A stretch of 64,000 bases of DNA, from the sequence record NC_071039.1, one strand, 5' to 3'. The notes under the pieces are model-generated. The model saw only the letters and a program-made list of their open reading frames with translations, ran no database searches and had not been told where the DNA came from. Positions 20,646 through 30,594 of this stretch are shown one piece after another; the stretch's first letter is position 1, and the number at the start of each line of letters is the position of its first letter. A program made the position numbers and the translations under genes.

Positions 20646-22619
20646 ATGATTTTATCTATACCTAATAAAGTAATTCAACTGAATATACAATCAGCAGTTG
20701 GTAAAGACTATTGGCCGTACAATCAAGGTGACGAATTCTGGGAAAACGGAAGTTCTCCCAGATTTTATACATGGATTATATCTGCAACCGTTATTCCACA
20801 GTTTCATAGTTACGAAAACACAAGAGAACCGTATACCTATAACGGTTTAGATTTAAATGTAGGGGATTGGATATCTAATACTGATATACCGCAAGCTTTT
20901 GAAATCATTTCTATAACTGAAAAAACAGAAACATCATTAGTTGCAATAATTAGAGATACATTTAGGTATAATACATTTTCTGCAATTTCACAAGATGGAT
21001 TAATAAGTCCCCAATTAGGTAATAATATATTATTCACTCTTAGTGTAGATGGAATGCCATTATTAGATCCATTACCGGCTTCTATAAACAAATATGGTTT
21101 TGTTTCATCGTTAGATAGTAGATTTAGAAAAGAAAAGAAAAATGAAATATTACAATTATACAAAGAAAATAACGGATTTATAAAAGGCGATATATTATCT
21201 TTAGATCCTGCAGCAGGATACATCTTATCAGACAATAACATTACTCATAAAATTTTAGGGACAGTATACAGTTCGGGGCCGGGTCCAAATGATTTCATAG
21301 TTTCTCCTGTAAATGTTTTTAGTAAAAACTATCAAGCATCTGTATTAGGCCAAATCGGTGACACTTTATATATTTCTGATACAGATCCCGGAAAGTTAAC
21401 AACCGAAAATACGGGTGTTCCTGCATATGTAAAAATAACAAATGCAATACAAGGAACATCTATTACAACAAAAAGCACAGATAATATGACAATTGTTGTA
21501 GGAAACACATTTTCTCTAAATAATTCTAACATAGTTATACCTTCTACTAATATTCAAGATCTCGTAAATAGAATTAATACATTTACTATTGATACAGGAA
21601 TAGAAAGCTCTTTGCAGTTGGCACCTACTAGTTGTGTGTCAAATACAGCTGATATGGCATTCGGTGGTATATTCGTTGGTATAACTCCGCCGGGTTCAGC
21701 AAAAATAAACAATGTTGAAATAATATTCAATGGCGACACCGCTAGCCCAGGTCAATGGGGTGAAGCAAATGATGTTGCTATAGCCATTAATAATGCAAAC
21801 ATACCTGGCATAGTAGCAATAGCAGAGAATGGGCAAGTTACATTAACTAATACGTTAGGAACAGAGATAGTTATAGAAAATATAAGTAATGAAAGTTTTG
21901 GTTCTCCTATAGCAGGTCCAAATTCTGCAACCGGCTTGCCGTTATACACACCTGCTGCAACTAATAGTTTTATGAAATTTGTTAGTTTAACAGGCACCGG
22001 AATAATATTTAAAAATATATTAGGAAATCCAATAGACGAACTCGGTTTACTATCTAACGAAAATGGAATGCCTGCATATGTTATGTCAGTTGCTAACGGC
22101 ATAAGAACGGCAGACACGTATGTAGTAGCAAATATATCTGCAAGAGATGCATTAACTCCGTTAACGGGCGATCAAGCATATGTAATTGACGGAATGTTGC
22201 CAAACGGATCCAAGGCAGGTGAATGGGCACTATATTTATGGAACGGAAATAGTTGGATAAAAACAGCCGATGAAGATTCTGCAAAAACAGATGCAAGTTC
22301 TATAGAACTAGAAATACAATATAATTCCTTAGAAGCTGTTACTATAGGAAAAATGAGTAATAATTCTAAAGTTACACAAATATCTATTACTGTAGAAGAA
22401 ATATTCAGTAACGAAAATGCAACATTGTCTATAGGAACAGATATTAATAATACAGACATACTAATGAGTTCTGATTTTATAGATTTAACTGTAGAAGACA
22501 CTTATTTTATAACACCCAATGTATATTTCGATTCTGGAACCGATACAGAAATTGTAGCTTATTTGGATAGTAACGGTTCTACTACCGGACGAGTAAAGAT
22601 AATTGTATCATACACATAA
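20646..22619 (+). CDS. virion structural protein (uncharacterised)
   Basis: 657 aa, beta-rich, inside the structural operon. Confidence 0.6.
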   Translation: MILSIPNKVIQLNIQSAVGKDYWPYNQGDEFWENGSSPRFYTWIISATVIPQFHSYENTREPYTYNGLDLNVGDWISNTDIPQAFEIISITEKTETSLVAIIRDTFRYNTFSAISQDGLISPQLGNNILFTLSVDGMPLLDPLPASINKYGFVSSLDSRFRKEKKNEILQLYKENNGFIKGDILSLDPAAGYILSDNNITHKILGTVYSSGPGPNDFIVSPVNVFSKNYQASVLGQIGDTLYISDTDPGKLTTENTGVPAYVKITNAIQGTSITTKSTDNMTIVVGNTFSLNNSNIVIPSTNIQDLVNRINTFTIDTGIESSLQLAPTSCVSNTADMAFGGIFVGITPPGSAKINNVEIIFNGDTASPGQWGEANDVAIAINNANIPGIVAIAENGQVTLTNTLGTEIVIENISNESFGSPIAGPNSATGLPLYTPAATNSFMKFVSLTGTGIIFKNILGNPIDELGLLSNENGMPAYVMSVANGIRTADTYVVANISARDALTPLTGDQAYVIDGMLPNGSKAGEWALYLWNGNSWIKTADEDSAKTDASSIELEIQYNSLEAVTIGKMSNNSKVTQISITVEEIFSNENATLSIGTDINNTDILMSSDFIDLTVEDTYFITPNVYFDSGTDTEIVAYLDSNGSTTGRVKIIVSYT

Positions 22620-22647
22620 GACAGGTAAATATCTTTATTAACACGGA

Positions 22648-23292
22648 TTGTATAAAATGATAAAAAGTTTTCTTCTTAGTGCTGTATCTAATGTTTTACA
22701 GTTTGGAAAAAAAGGTGGAAAAATAACATATACGCCTGAAACATCTAGTTTTAAAATAGAAACAGATAACGATGTACTATGTCCGATTGCTGTTGGACCT
22801 GCAAGTACATCCACTCATGCTGTCCCTAAAAGTTATGTAGACGGAAGAACTACAAAATATACAATGCAAGATGACAAAACAGTCTCCGGATCCACATTAA
22901 GTGCAATAACAGAGTTTACTAGTATATCATTAGAAGCAAATACAACATATTCATACACATTATTATTGTTATATTCTTCTGACAATACTGCTGCCGGCAT
23001 AAAATATCAATTAATGACAAATGGATCATTAACTAGATCTTTTTCTAGTGTAGAAAATGCAAAAACAGGAACAGCATCAACACTTGTAAACGGTTTTGTT
23101 TTAGGAGCAAGTGCAACTATTACAGTAACTACAGTTGCCATTGCAAATAACTTGTATAATGTTTGGGTTCAAGGTTTTATAGAAAATTCTGGAGGATCAC
23201 CAGACACATTAACTATATCTCTTGCTTCGTCGTCATCTAGCGCGTCGTGTTCTGCATACGCAGGTTCCCAGTTGATTATGACTAGATTATAA
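22648..23292 (+). CDS. virion structural protein (uncharacterised)
   Basis: 214 aa. N-terminal IKSF...QFGKKGG motif shared with the next gene. Start probably ATG 22657. Confidence 0.6.
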   Translation: MYKMIKSFLLSAVSNVLQFGKKGGKITYTPETSSFKIETDNDVLCPIAVGPASTSTHAVPKSYVDGRTTKYTMQDDKTVSGSTLSAITEFTSISLEANTTYSYTLLLLYSSDNTAAGIKYQLMTNGSLTRSFSSVENAKTGTASTLVNGFVLGASATITVTTVAIANNLYNVWVQGFIENSGGSPDTLTISLASSSSSASCSAYAGSQLIMTRL

Positions 23293-23358
23293 TATTAGTA
23301 AGTAAAAATACAAAAATACCGATAAATAACAGTATAATATATTGAAGGACTAACAATA

Positions 23359-26043
23359 ATGGCTATTAAAAATTTTAGTATAAGTGGCATCGGACGCGAT
23401 GTCCAGCTAGGCAAAAAAGGCGGCCGCCTCTCTTTTACAAGCGGTGTATTTGCATTCACTAGCGACCTGGGCGGTACTAACTATGCACCCGTTATAGGCG
23501 GAACACCCCTACAACCAGAACATTTAGCAACTAAAGCATATGTAGATTCTATAAGCGGCGGAATAAAACCACTCCAAAGTGTTTCAGTTTCTACACAACA
23601 GTCATATACTGTAGACGGTAATAATACTAATCCGGGAACAGGTGCAACTTGGGCTGCCGGTGTATTTAGTGATTTCCCCAGAACAGTAGACGGACATGTA
23701 CTGGAAATGGGAAGTCGTGTTTTAGTTAGACTAGAAGGTATAACTATAACAGGTGACACACCTACTGTCAACGATGCTGGCGCAGCTAGAAACGGTATTT
23801 ATATTGTTACTAACGTAGACACGGAAAACAATACAGTTACATTAGACAGGGCACCAGATTCGGACGAAGATAATGAGTTTATATTTGGCTCATATGTTCT
23901 TGTAGAAAACGGTACTTCTGCAGGCGACGGTTATACTTTAACTGCACAATACGGTGGTTCAGAAGTTACTCCTCCTAACCAGATGAACGTTGATCCGCAA
24001 TTCTGGGTAAAATACACTTCTGCAGGCGCAACATATACTGCTGGCGCTGGCCTAGCGTTGTCGGATAATGAATTTTCGTTAAGTATTCCTACTTTATCGG
24101 ATTTTACAGGCACTGCTGCTGATACATTATCTCTAGCAGTATCTAACGGTACAACTAATAATAAATTAACAGTAAATAAATTATTTACTGATTTAGGAGT
24201 TGTTACTGCGTTAGGACAAACCGACGGTGTTATAATAAAATCTGGTTCTAGCTATGTAAGTAGAACTATAGTTGCAGATACTACTGGCAATAAATTAGGT
24301 ATTGCTGTATCTAATACAGACGGTTCTGCAGGAAATATAACAGTAGGGTTAGATGTAAATGGATTGACTGCCGTTTCCTCTGCACTAAACGATACTGATG
24401 TCCTCCCAATATACGATGGAACTAGTAACAAAAAGGTTTCTATAAGCCAATTAGCTGCCGAATTTACATCTGGTTTTTCTTCTAATAGTATCTCTCAATT
24501 AGATAGTTCTGTTGTAGTAACAGACACAGGATCTAACGGTACAATTACCTTCACTGCCGATAATACTGCTGTTGCTACTATTACTTCTGCAGGTCTTACT
24601 TCGTCTAATTTAACTGCAAGTAACTTAACTAGCGGAAGAATAGTACTGGCAGGAACTTCCGGTCATTTAGAAGATAACTCTGCTCTTACTTTTTCTGCAG
24701 GTATACTGAATGTAGGATCACTGACTGTAGATAGTGCTACTAGTACAATTTCTACAACAGAAACAAACGGAAACATAATTATTGCGCCAAACGGTACAGG
24801 CGAAGTAGTAATACAAGGCAATGGTAATGCAGAAATAAGTGCAGAACTAGGTGAACAACTAAGTCTACGCGGTGACGGTGTTATTATAGGAAACACTGCA
24901 AACACAGTAGACTATATTACTGCAACAGAAACTAATACTATATTCTATTCTACATTAGCAAATAATATAGCTATTGCCGGTGCTGCTGCGAGTTCAAACC
25001 CGTCTATTACTGCATTAGGTTCAGATACAAACTTAGGCCTAAACTTAGGAGTAAAAGGCACAGGAAAAATTGTTGTTACCGGCGTAACTGCATCTGCATA
25101 TTCTTCTGGTTTAACTGACGCATCGTTAGTTAACAAACTATATGTAGATACTGCTGTTTCGAGTGCTTCTAGCAACATAACAGCACTACAAACAGAAGTA
25201 AATGCCATAGAGACATCTGTGGGATTAAACACTGACGGAACTCTTTCTGCATATACCGGAACAAACTATTTAGACTCTGCAACTAGTATAAGACAGGCTA
25301 CTACTTTACTTGACGCACAAGTAAAAACTAATGCAGACGATATATTAGATAAAGCAGATCAAACCGAAGTAGATGCCATAGAGACTGCTGTTGGCTTAGG
25401 AACAGATGGCACACTAGCACCTTATACTGGAACAAATTATTTAAATTCTGCAACTAGTATAAAACAAGCAACTATTTTGCTAGATACACAAATAAAGTCC
25501 AACGAAGACGATATAGCACTAAAAGCCAACCAAACAGAAGTAGATGCTATAGAAACAGGCGCCGGGCTCAATACAGATGGTACTTATACTGCCGATGCAA
25601 CTACTAACTATATAACTACTGCTACAAGTTTAGCTAATGCAGACAAGTTATTAGATGCACAGATTAAAATTAATACCGATGCTATTGCACAACTGGGTTC
25701 TGCTGCAGGTTCAGTTCGTACTGTAAAATTAGAAAATATTCCGTTTGATACTGATAGTTCGACTCCCATAATAGAAGGCACCGATCTGCCTGCAAATGGC
25801 ATTATTATCAATAGTATAATATTTAAAGTAAATACTGCTGCTGATACTGCTGCCTGGGCTACTGTAACTCATAACTCAGTTACATTAGCATCAGACACAA
25901 CTAATGATCCGGAGGTAGCTGGATTATATCAAGTTGACGTGTTCTCTAATTCAGTCGCCGGACAAGATATTACTCTAACTATAGCTGCGCATGGTGCAAG
26001 TACAGGTACTGTTACTGTATTACTCCAGTATACAATTCTATAA
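23359..26043 (+). CDS. large virion structural / fibre-like protein
   Basis: 894 aa. HLATKAYVD motif, NGIY.V...RA.D module, three 57 aa internal repeats; GATAAATA at 23321-23328 upstream. Confidence 0.65.
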   Translation: MAIKNFSISGIGRDVQLGKKGGRLSFTSGVFAFTSDLGGTNYAPVIGGTPLQPEHLATKAYVDSISGGIKPLQSVSVSTQQSYTVDGNNTNPGTGATWAAGVFSDFPRTVDGHVLEMGSRVLVRLEGITITGDTPTVNDAGAARNGIYIVTNVDTENNTVTLDRAPDSDEDNEFIFGSYVLVENGTSAGDGYTLTAQYGGSEVTPPNQMNVDPQFWVKYTSAGATYTAGAGLALSDNEFSLSIPTLSDFTGTAADTLSLAVSNGTTNNKLTVNKLFTDLGVVTALGQTDGVIIKSGSSYVSRTIVADTTGNKLGIAVSNTDGSAGNITVGLDVNGLTAVSSALNDTDVLPIYDGTSNKKVSISQLAAEFTSGFSSNSISQLDSSVVVTDTGSNGTITFTADNTAVATITSAGLTSSNLTASNLTSGRIVLAGTSGHLEDNSALTFSAGILNVGSLTVDSATSTISTTETNGNIIIAPNGTGEVVIQGNGNAEISAELGEQLSLRGDGVIIGNTANTVDYITATETNTIFYSTLANNIAIAGAAASSNPSITALGSDTNLGLNLGVKGTGKIVVTGVTASAYSSGLTDASLVNKLYVDTAVSSASSNITALQTEVNAIETSVGLNTDGTLSAYTGTNYLDSATSIRQATTLLDAQVKTNADDILDKADQTEVDAIETAVGLGTDGTLAPYTGTNYLNSATSIKQATILLDTQIKSNEDDIALKANQTEVDAIETGAGLNTDGTYTADATTNYITTATSLANADKLLDAQIKINTDAIAQLGSAAGSVRTVKLENIPFDTDSSTPIIEGTDLPANGIIINSIIFKVNTAADTAAWATVTHNSVTLASDTTNDPEVAGLYQVDVFSNSVAGQDITLTIAAHGASTGTVTVLLQYTIL
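25195..25700 (+). repeat. three in-frame 171 bp (57 aa) repeats
   Basis: GAAGTA(A/G)ATGC(C/T)ATAGA starts at 25195, 25366 and 25537; protein EV(N/D)AIETxxGLxTDGT...TNY..xATS...A..LLDxQxKxN. Confidence 0.8.
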
Positions 26044-26056
26044 GTTGTTTTAAATT

Positions 26057-26084
26057 AAATAAAGGGCCCTAGGGCCCTTTATTT
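26057..26084. terminator. bidirectional terminator (perfect palindrome)
   Basis: AAATAAAGGGCCCTAGGGCCCTTTATTT. Confidence 0.85.
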
Positions 26085-26200
26085 ATGTATAAACAGAGCA
26101 GATCACAAAACACAATAAACTCATAAATACTTTCGTATAGTAAAATACTATGCACAGGAGTTCCTGCTCGGAGTAGAAGCTCCGAGCAAGGGGTTCTTTC

Positions 26201-26542
26201 GTGAGGAAACAAAAAATGTCAGAGAACACTAAACCCCTAACTTCAGACAAAATGCTTAATTGGAAACCGCTGGCGGCATTAGTCTACTTGTTTATCTGCG
26301 TTATGGATTTTGTTGTTATGCCGGTCCTAGTCCATCAATACAACAAAGAAATGTTATCTAAAATTTCTAATTTATCTGAACAAAATCTTGTTCTAGAAAA
26401 AACAGAAGTTTTAAAATTACAGAAATGGGAACCATTAACATTACAAAACGCAGGGTTGTTTCATATTGCATTTGGCACTATAATAACAGGTGCGGCAGTG
26501 TTTGGCGAAATTAGACAACGTACCAAATCATCTGGCTCTTAA
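26201..26542 (+). CDS. holin-like membrane protein (GTA 3TM-holin-like), possible dual start
   Basis: NWKPLAALVYLFICVMDFVVMP...WEPLTLQNAGLFHIAFGTIITGAAVFG; two hydrophobic segments. GTG 26201 and ATG 26216 each have an SD-like element. Confidence 0.6.
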   Translation: MRKQKMSENTKPLTSDKMLNWKPLAALVYLFICVMDFVVMPVLVHQYNKEMLSKISNLSEQNLVLEKTEVLKLQKWEPLTLQNAGLFHIAFGTIITGAAVFGEIRQRTKSSGS

Positions 26543-26709
26543 AATGAACAATACATACACAGTTTTAACCATTCGGGGTTTTGGTAGAACTTAAATAGAA
26601 TACCCAAGCCCAGACCAGGCTTAAGTATTTTTAATTAATAGCTGACAGTCACACATAACATTGTATCACATATGGCTACTTGGTGCAAGAATACAAGTCG
26701 GAATTTGTT

Positions 26710-26736
26710 AGCTGACCCGTTTGGGTCAGCTCTTTT
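26710..26736 (+). terminator. intrinsic terminator
   Basis: AGCTGACCC-GTTT-GGGTCAGCT-CTTTT. Confidence 0.75.
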
Positions 26737-26749
26737 ATTGGATTAGACA

Positions 26750-27322
26750 ATGAGCATACTTACCTCTATATTAAATAATACTTTGAATTCAGTAGTGTTT
26801 GTTTATGGTAGAATGAATCCCCCTACAATAGGGCACGGAAAAGTTATATCAGAAATGCTAAAGATAGCAAAAGAATATAATGCTGCGCATTGTGTGTTTT
26901 TGTCTCATTCTTCTGGAAATAAAAAAAATCCATTACTTTGGGAAGAAAAAGTATCATATATGAAAATGTTTTTTCCTGGGGTAAATATTAACGAATCTAA
27001 AATAAATAATCCGTTTTCTGCGTTAGATTTACTTTCAAAAAAATATAAACATGTAACCTTTATTGCAGGAAGTGATAGATTAGAAGATTACAAGAGAAAT
27101 ATGCCTGCATATGCAAAAAATATAGGCATAGAATTAGACATAATATCGTCTGGTAATAGACTAGAAGAGAGTACCTCTATAGAAGGTGTAAGTGCATCTA
27201 AAGCAAGAAAATTAGTCTTAGAAAACAACTTTGAACTATTTTCTGAATTAATACCATCTAACGATATAGCAGAAAAAAGAAATTTATTTTTGCTGCTTCA
27301 AACTAGATTAATGGATAAGTAA
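26750..27322 (+). CDS. class I (HIGH) nucleotidyltransferase / cytidyltransferase-like
   Basis: YGRMNPPTIGH, KNPL, AGSDR and VSASKAR motifs. Confidence 0.82.
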   Translation: MSILTSILNNTLNSVVFVYGRMNPPTIGHGKVISEMLKIAKEYNAAHCVFLSHSSGNKKNPLLWEEKVSYMKMFFPGVNINESKINNPFSALDLLSKKYKHVTFIAGSDRLEDYKRNMPAYAKNIGIELDIISSGNRLEESTSIEGVSASKARKLVLENNFELFSELIPSNDIAEKRNLFLLLQTRLMDK

Positions 27323-27324
27323 AT

Positions 27325-28272
27325 ATGTTGAAAATAAAAGGAAGTCCATCCGTAGGCAAAATATCAGCAACAATTAATAGACCGTTTTTAACTAAAACCT
27401 TAGTTACTACGATGCCACAGAACATTGCAAATTTTACTGCAGGGTACGGAGGTGGAATGTTGCATATATTCGGAGGCGAAGCTGTTCCTAGTGTGGGCCA
27501 AATACAAATATATAGACGATACAATATAGCAACTAATACGTGGTTAAGTCCTAGCGGAAACATAGGAGCCTGGGCATGGGGAGGCGGTGGCTATTACAAT
27601 GGAAGTTTTTGGGCGCTGTGTGGTTCTAACAATGGATATAATACTTCGTATTTTCAGATAAACCCTTCCACTGCAACAGGTACACGATATACAGATATGG
27701 CTGGCGGTTCTAGAGGACAAGGAAGAACCGCATCAGTAGATAATCTAAACGTATTTGTTATAGGGGGTATTGGGCAAAATAATATAACAAATGCATTGTG
27801 TTATAGATTTAATGCTAGTACAAGAGCATGGACAGTAAGAACAAGTATGCCATCGCCAAGAAATGGTCATACGATAGGATCGTATAACGGGAAAATATAT
27901 GTACTAGGAGGCTGGAACGAAACCTCAAACAATCTTTCAGACGTTCTAGAATACAACATATCTACTAATACGTGGACAACTTTACCCACTACAATTCCGG
28001 GAGCACCTTCTAGCTGGTTCGGTGGGTTTGTATATAAACAATATGCTGTATACGGCGCGTCATCTTCTTCTAATACGCTTTTATTTAAAATATTAGATTT
28101 AAATAAAATGACATGGGAAATTTTAGATACCGGGTTGCCTCGCCGCTGGTCTGCAGAATATGTAGTTACAGAAACCGGTGTATATATGATAGGCGGTAGT
28201 AGTTCTTATCCTGGCGCTGCCAACTATTTTACTGCCCCCAGATATAACGAAATATATTTCTTTAAAGGTTAA
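27325..28272 (+). CDS. Kelch-repeat beta-propeller protein
   Basis: Repeated LHIFGG, VFVIGG, IYVLGG and VYMIGG with ...YN..TNTW blades. Confidence 0.85.
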   Translation: MLKIKGSPSVGKISATINRPFLTKTLVTTMPQNIANFTAGYGGGMLHIFGGEAVPSVGQIQIYRRYNIATNTWLSPSGNIGAWAWGGGGYYNGSFWALCGSNNGYNTSYFQINPSTATGTRYTDMAGGSRGQGRTASVDNLNVFVIGGIGQNNITNALCYRFNASTRAWTVRTSMPSPRNGHTIGSYNGKIYVLGGWNETSNNLSDVLEYNISTNTWTTLPTTIPGAPSSWFGGFVYKQYAVYGASSSSNTLLFKILDLNKMTWEILDTGLPRRWSAEYVVTETGVYMIGGSSSYPGAANYFTAPRYNEIYFFKG

Positions 28273-28274
28273 AC

Positions 28275-30185
28275 ATGAAATTAGGAAAATTTATTCATAA
28301 CGGAAATTTACATATAAAATATAGACCGGCGCCGTTAGTCGATGTAGGTCCTGTCCTACAATATAAATTTCTAGCAAATGAACCATTAGACGAAGCAACA
28401 GAATCGATGTCAATTTCGTCTGGCACAGTTTCTATACAAAATAGTTCGATGTATACTTCTGGTAGCACAGTAAACAATTATTTCTATAGAAAGTTACCTA
28501 GTATACTTAAAAATACCAAATTTACAATAGAACTAACAATAAGGTCAGAAGGCGAAATTCCGTCTACTAGTAATATAATAGGTACATGGAATTCATCTAA
28601 CGAATTTTGGTTGTTATCTGTAATTAACAACAATTTAGTATTTCAATGGAATAATGGAACTGCCACTGCCGGTACTAGACAAGTATTTACATTTAGTAAT
28701 GTACAAGTACCTTCAGACCAAGACGTTCATTTAGCTGTATGCAGAGATGACACCATGTTATATGGATTTGTAAATGGACAACTAGCAGGTTCGTTTGAAG
28801 TGTCATTTGCAGGACATACTAATGTTGTATCGGGGTCTATATTCTCTACAAGAAGCATGGCCACCACAAATAACTATTTTAATGGATATAGAAAAAATAT
28901 TAGAATAGTAAATGACAAGGCATTATATGTTGCACCATTCACACTAGCTAGCGTAACTATGGCTGATGTAAAGCCAGACTACTATACCCCGGAAGATGCT
29001 AGCTTAGTAGTAGGTCAAATAACATGTAAACGAAATTCATTGTTCCAAGAAACTATGAATACTCCTACTTTACTACTTACAGGTTTATCTAATTCTACAA
29101 CAGGACGATTTGTAACAACTACTAATAATACTTCTGGCTTCCAATTTTCTCCTGTAACAAATTGGCAATCGGGTGATTACACAATAGAATTATATATAAA
29201 CTTATCTACAGTAGGCGCCGGCGGCGCCATACTAATAGGTCAATGGACATCTTCGGGTGGCACCGACATCGGATGGTCTATTTCTATGCAACAAAACGGA
29301 AGCGTCAGGCATTTCTATTCCACTGACGGATTATACGACCAAGCAAACGGTAACTCTGGAGTATTGCAAGCACCTAATGGTACTTTAGTATTAAACAAAG
29401 ATACCCATGTATGTGCAATGCGGAAAAATGGGGTAATAGGATTATTTGTAGACGGTGTTAGACTAGCCCAAGTAAACGAGGCAAGGCCATTATGGAATAG
29501 TCAAATACCCATTAGAAACACATGGACTGCGCCAGCAGATGGATATGCATTAGCAGAACGCTGGAATATAAGATGTATTTCTAAAGCAATGTATGATATA
29601 GACGGTTTCGTTCCGCCGGTTCGTTTACCTACATTTCCTAATTTATTAACAAATACAGGTAGTTATTCGCGCTCTGCATTGTCTGGTACAACTACTACAG
29701 CAGATACAATGGGAAATATTATACAATTTAATTCCTCCGGGCAAACATCCGGCGGTGGCTACCAAAAATATTTTATATATGGTTCTAAAAAAGTAGAAAT
29801 AATAGGAAATACCATATCTTCGGATTCAACACAACAAATGAGATATGGTTTAACAAACACAACTCCTACCACATTTGCAGAGTCAGAATCTGATTTTAAT
29901 TCCGGTACATTCCCATATGCGTATGCCGATAGAATTAACAGTGTCATTCAAATAGTTAAACAAGGTAGTGTTATAGGTAGTTTGCCTCATTCTACTGCCA
30001 ACCATACCTTTAAAATAACATATGATTTCGAAAATAATCAGTTTACTTATGAAGTTACTTCTGGCACTGCACAAGGACAATCTGTTACTACAAGTCTAGA
30101 TTCTACAATAACACAGAATACTAAGTTTGCAGTATGTGGGACCAAATCTAATATACAAATAACTTCTGTAAAAATACAACAATAA
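28275..30185 (+). CDS. LamG/concanavalin A-like lectin-domain protein
   Basis: Two FTIEL/YTIEL...HLAVCRD/HVCAMRK...FV(N/D)G segments; 636 aa. Confidence 0.7.
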   Translation: MKLGKFIHNGNLHIKYRPAPLVDVGPVLQYKFLANEPLDEATESMSISSGTVSIQNSSMYTSGSTVNNYFYRKLPSILKNTKFTIELTIRSEGEIPSTSNIIGTWNSSNEFWLLSVINNNLVFQWNNGTATAGTRQVFTFSNVQVPSDQDVHLAVCRDDTMLYGFVNGQLAGSFEVSFAGHTNVVSGSIFSTRSMATTNNYFNGYRKNIRIVNDKALYVAPFTLASVTMADVKPDYYTPEDASLVVGQITCKRNSLFQETMNTPTLLLTGLSNSTTGRFVTTTNNTSGFQFSPVTNWQSGDYTIELYINLSTVGAGGAILIGQWTSSGGTDIGWSISMQQNGSVRHFYSTDGLYDQANGNSGVLQAPNGTLVLNKDTHVCAMRKNGVIGLFVDGVRLAQVNEARPLWNSQIPIRNTWTAPADGYALAERWNIRCISKAMYDIDGFVPPVRLPTFPNLLTNTGSYSRSALSGTTTTADTMGNIIQFNSSGQTSGGGYQKYFIYGSKKVEIIGNTISSDSTQQMRYGLTNTTPTTFAESESDFNSGTFPYAYADRINSVIQIVKQGSVIGSLPHSTANHTFKITYDFENNQFTYEVTSGTAQGQSVTTSLDSTITQNTKFAVCGTKSNIQITSVKIQQ

Positions 30186-30210
30186 GTCCTTTAAATTAGG
30201 AAAAATTTCA

Positions 30211-30239
30211 TTGACTAACTCCGTTTACACTAGTATAAT
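30211..30239 (+). promoter_or_regulatory. sigma70-type promoter
   Basis: TTGACT-N17-TATAAT. Confidence 0.8.
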
Positions 30240-30265
30240 ATATGCAATGTTTAACGGAGTTAACA

Positions 30266-30541
30266 ATGACTGACATTAATCCAAATTCTCGCCACTACTC
30301 TGCTGAAGACGTCCGGCGAATTAAACAGTTAGTTTCTGAAGGCATGCAAGTCATGCAAGAAATTGAAGATTTAAAAACCGGACTAGCAGAAACAGTTAAA
30401 GCAATTGCAGAAGAAGTAAATGTTAAGCCTTCCCAGCTTAATAAAGTTATTAAAATCGCACATAAACGTTCTTTAAACGAAGAACTAGATAAGATTAACG
30501 AAGTAGAAGAGATTCTAGACGCAATTAAAGAAGGTCGTTAA
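30266..30541 (+). CDS. T4 DsbA-like / GapR-like double-stranded DNA-binding protein
   Basis: Helical pattern IKQLVSEG...IEDLK...VKAIAEEVNVKPSQLNKVIKIAHK resembles T4 DsbA. ATG 30266 with GGAG SD preferred over 30242. Confidence 0.55.
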   Translation: MTDINPNSRHYSAEDVRRIKQLVSEGMQVMQEIEDLKTGLAETVKAIAEEVNVKPSQLNKVIKIAHKRSLNEELDKINEVEEILDAIKEGR

Positions 30542-30553
30542 TATTTTCAAAAC

Positions 30554-30578
30554 AAGCCGTGCTTTTGCGCGGCTTTTT
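30554..30578 (+). terminator. intrinsic terminator
   Basis: AAGCCGTGC-TTTT-GCGCGGCTTTTT. Confidence 0.75.
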
Positions 30579-30594
30579 ATTTTGTAGGACAATT

